DNA of 20,000 nucleotides. It comes from Chiloscyllium plagiosum (Eukaryota). Positions 19,466-20,000 of this stretch are shown piece after piece. The stretch lies in contig NC_057719.1 in assembly GCF_004010195.1 (NCBI RefSeq), forward strand, positions 93,733,151 to 93,753,150, in the 5' to 3' direction. Below the pieces are notes generated by a model that was given only the letters and a program-made list of their open reading frames with translations, did no database searches and had not been told where the DNA came from. Made by a program: the position numbers and the translations under genes. Positions within the stretch are counted from its first letter, which is position 1; the number at the start of each line of letters is the position of its first letter.

Positions 19466-20000
19466 GTAGAACACAGAACAGTGCAGCACAAGACCCTTCG
19501 GCCATGATGCTATGCCAACCTTTTATCTGACTGTAAGATCAAACTAACCGACATACCCTTCATTTTACTGCCATCCATGTGTCTACCCACGAGTGTATTA
19601 AATGTCCCTAATGTATCTGACTCTCCTACCACTGCGGGCAGTGCATCCCACACCCCACACACAACTTTGTGGAAAGAACCTGCTTTTGAAATCTCTCCTT
19701 AACCATCCAGCAATCACCTTAAAATTATGCCCGCTCAGAATAGCCATGTATGCCATGATATAAAGACATCTCTTACTATTCACTCTCTCTGTGCCTTATA
19801 TCATCTTGTTCACCTCTACCAAGTCGCCGCTCACCTTTCTCCACTCCAATGAGAAAAACTGAACTTCCCTCAACCTTTCTTCATAAGGCATACCCTCCAG
19901 AACAGGAAACATTCTGGTAAACCTCGAATTTACCCTTCCTTAGCTTCCACTGCCTTCCTGTAATGAGGGGACCAGAACTAAACACAATATCGCAAGTGGG
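19466..20000 (-). mobile_element. CR1 LINE 3' end (same subfamily as 5001-6796), continues past window
   Basis: AGAACACAGAACAGT..CCCTTCGGCC..AAGATCAAACTAACC is the reverse complement of 6710-6796; ORF GHNFKV..RFFPQ. Confidence 0.92.

Overview
Vertebrate nuclear DNA that is almost entirely repeat-derived. The repeat families look like those of an elasmobranch, probably a carpet/bamboo shark draft assembly (inference from recalled families). No intact protein-coding gene is visible; the longer recognisable ORFs are decayed CR1-clade LINE ORF1/ORF2 pieces and the two X-filled ORFs are N-gap artefacts. Contents: about ten CR1 fragments (several nested), three copies of a tRNA-type SINE, two Penelope-like element (PLE) insertions with inverted arms, TSDs and minimal hammerhead motifs, one Tigger/pogo-like MITE, a very degenerate ~35-bp purine-rich tandem repeat, and two N gaps. 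Under the younger insertions lies an old diverged tandem segmental duplication with a ~15.5-16 kb period (70-2142 vs 15578-18288). Its only non-TE part flanks an orphan minus-strand exon-like segment (411-498) that ends in ATG|GTGAGT; the paralogous exon would fall in the 15871-16855 gap. I see no well-supported novel system. The best leads are the duplicated orphan-exon unit, the satellite, and the PLE hammerhead pair.
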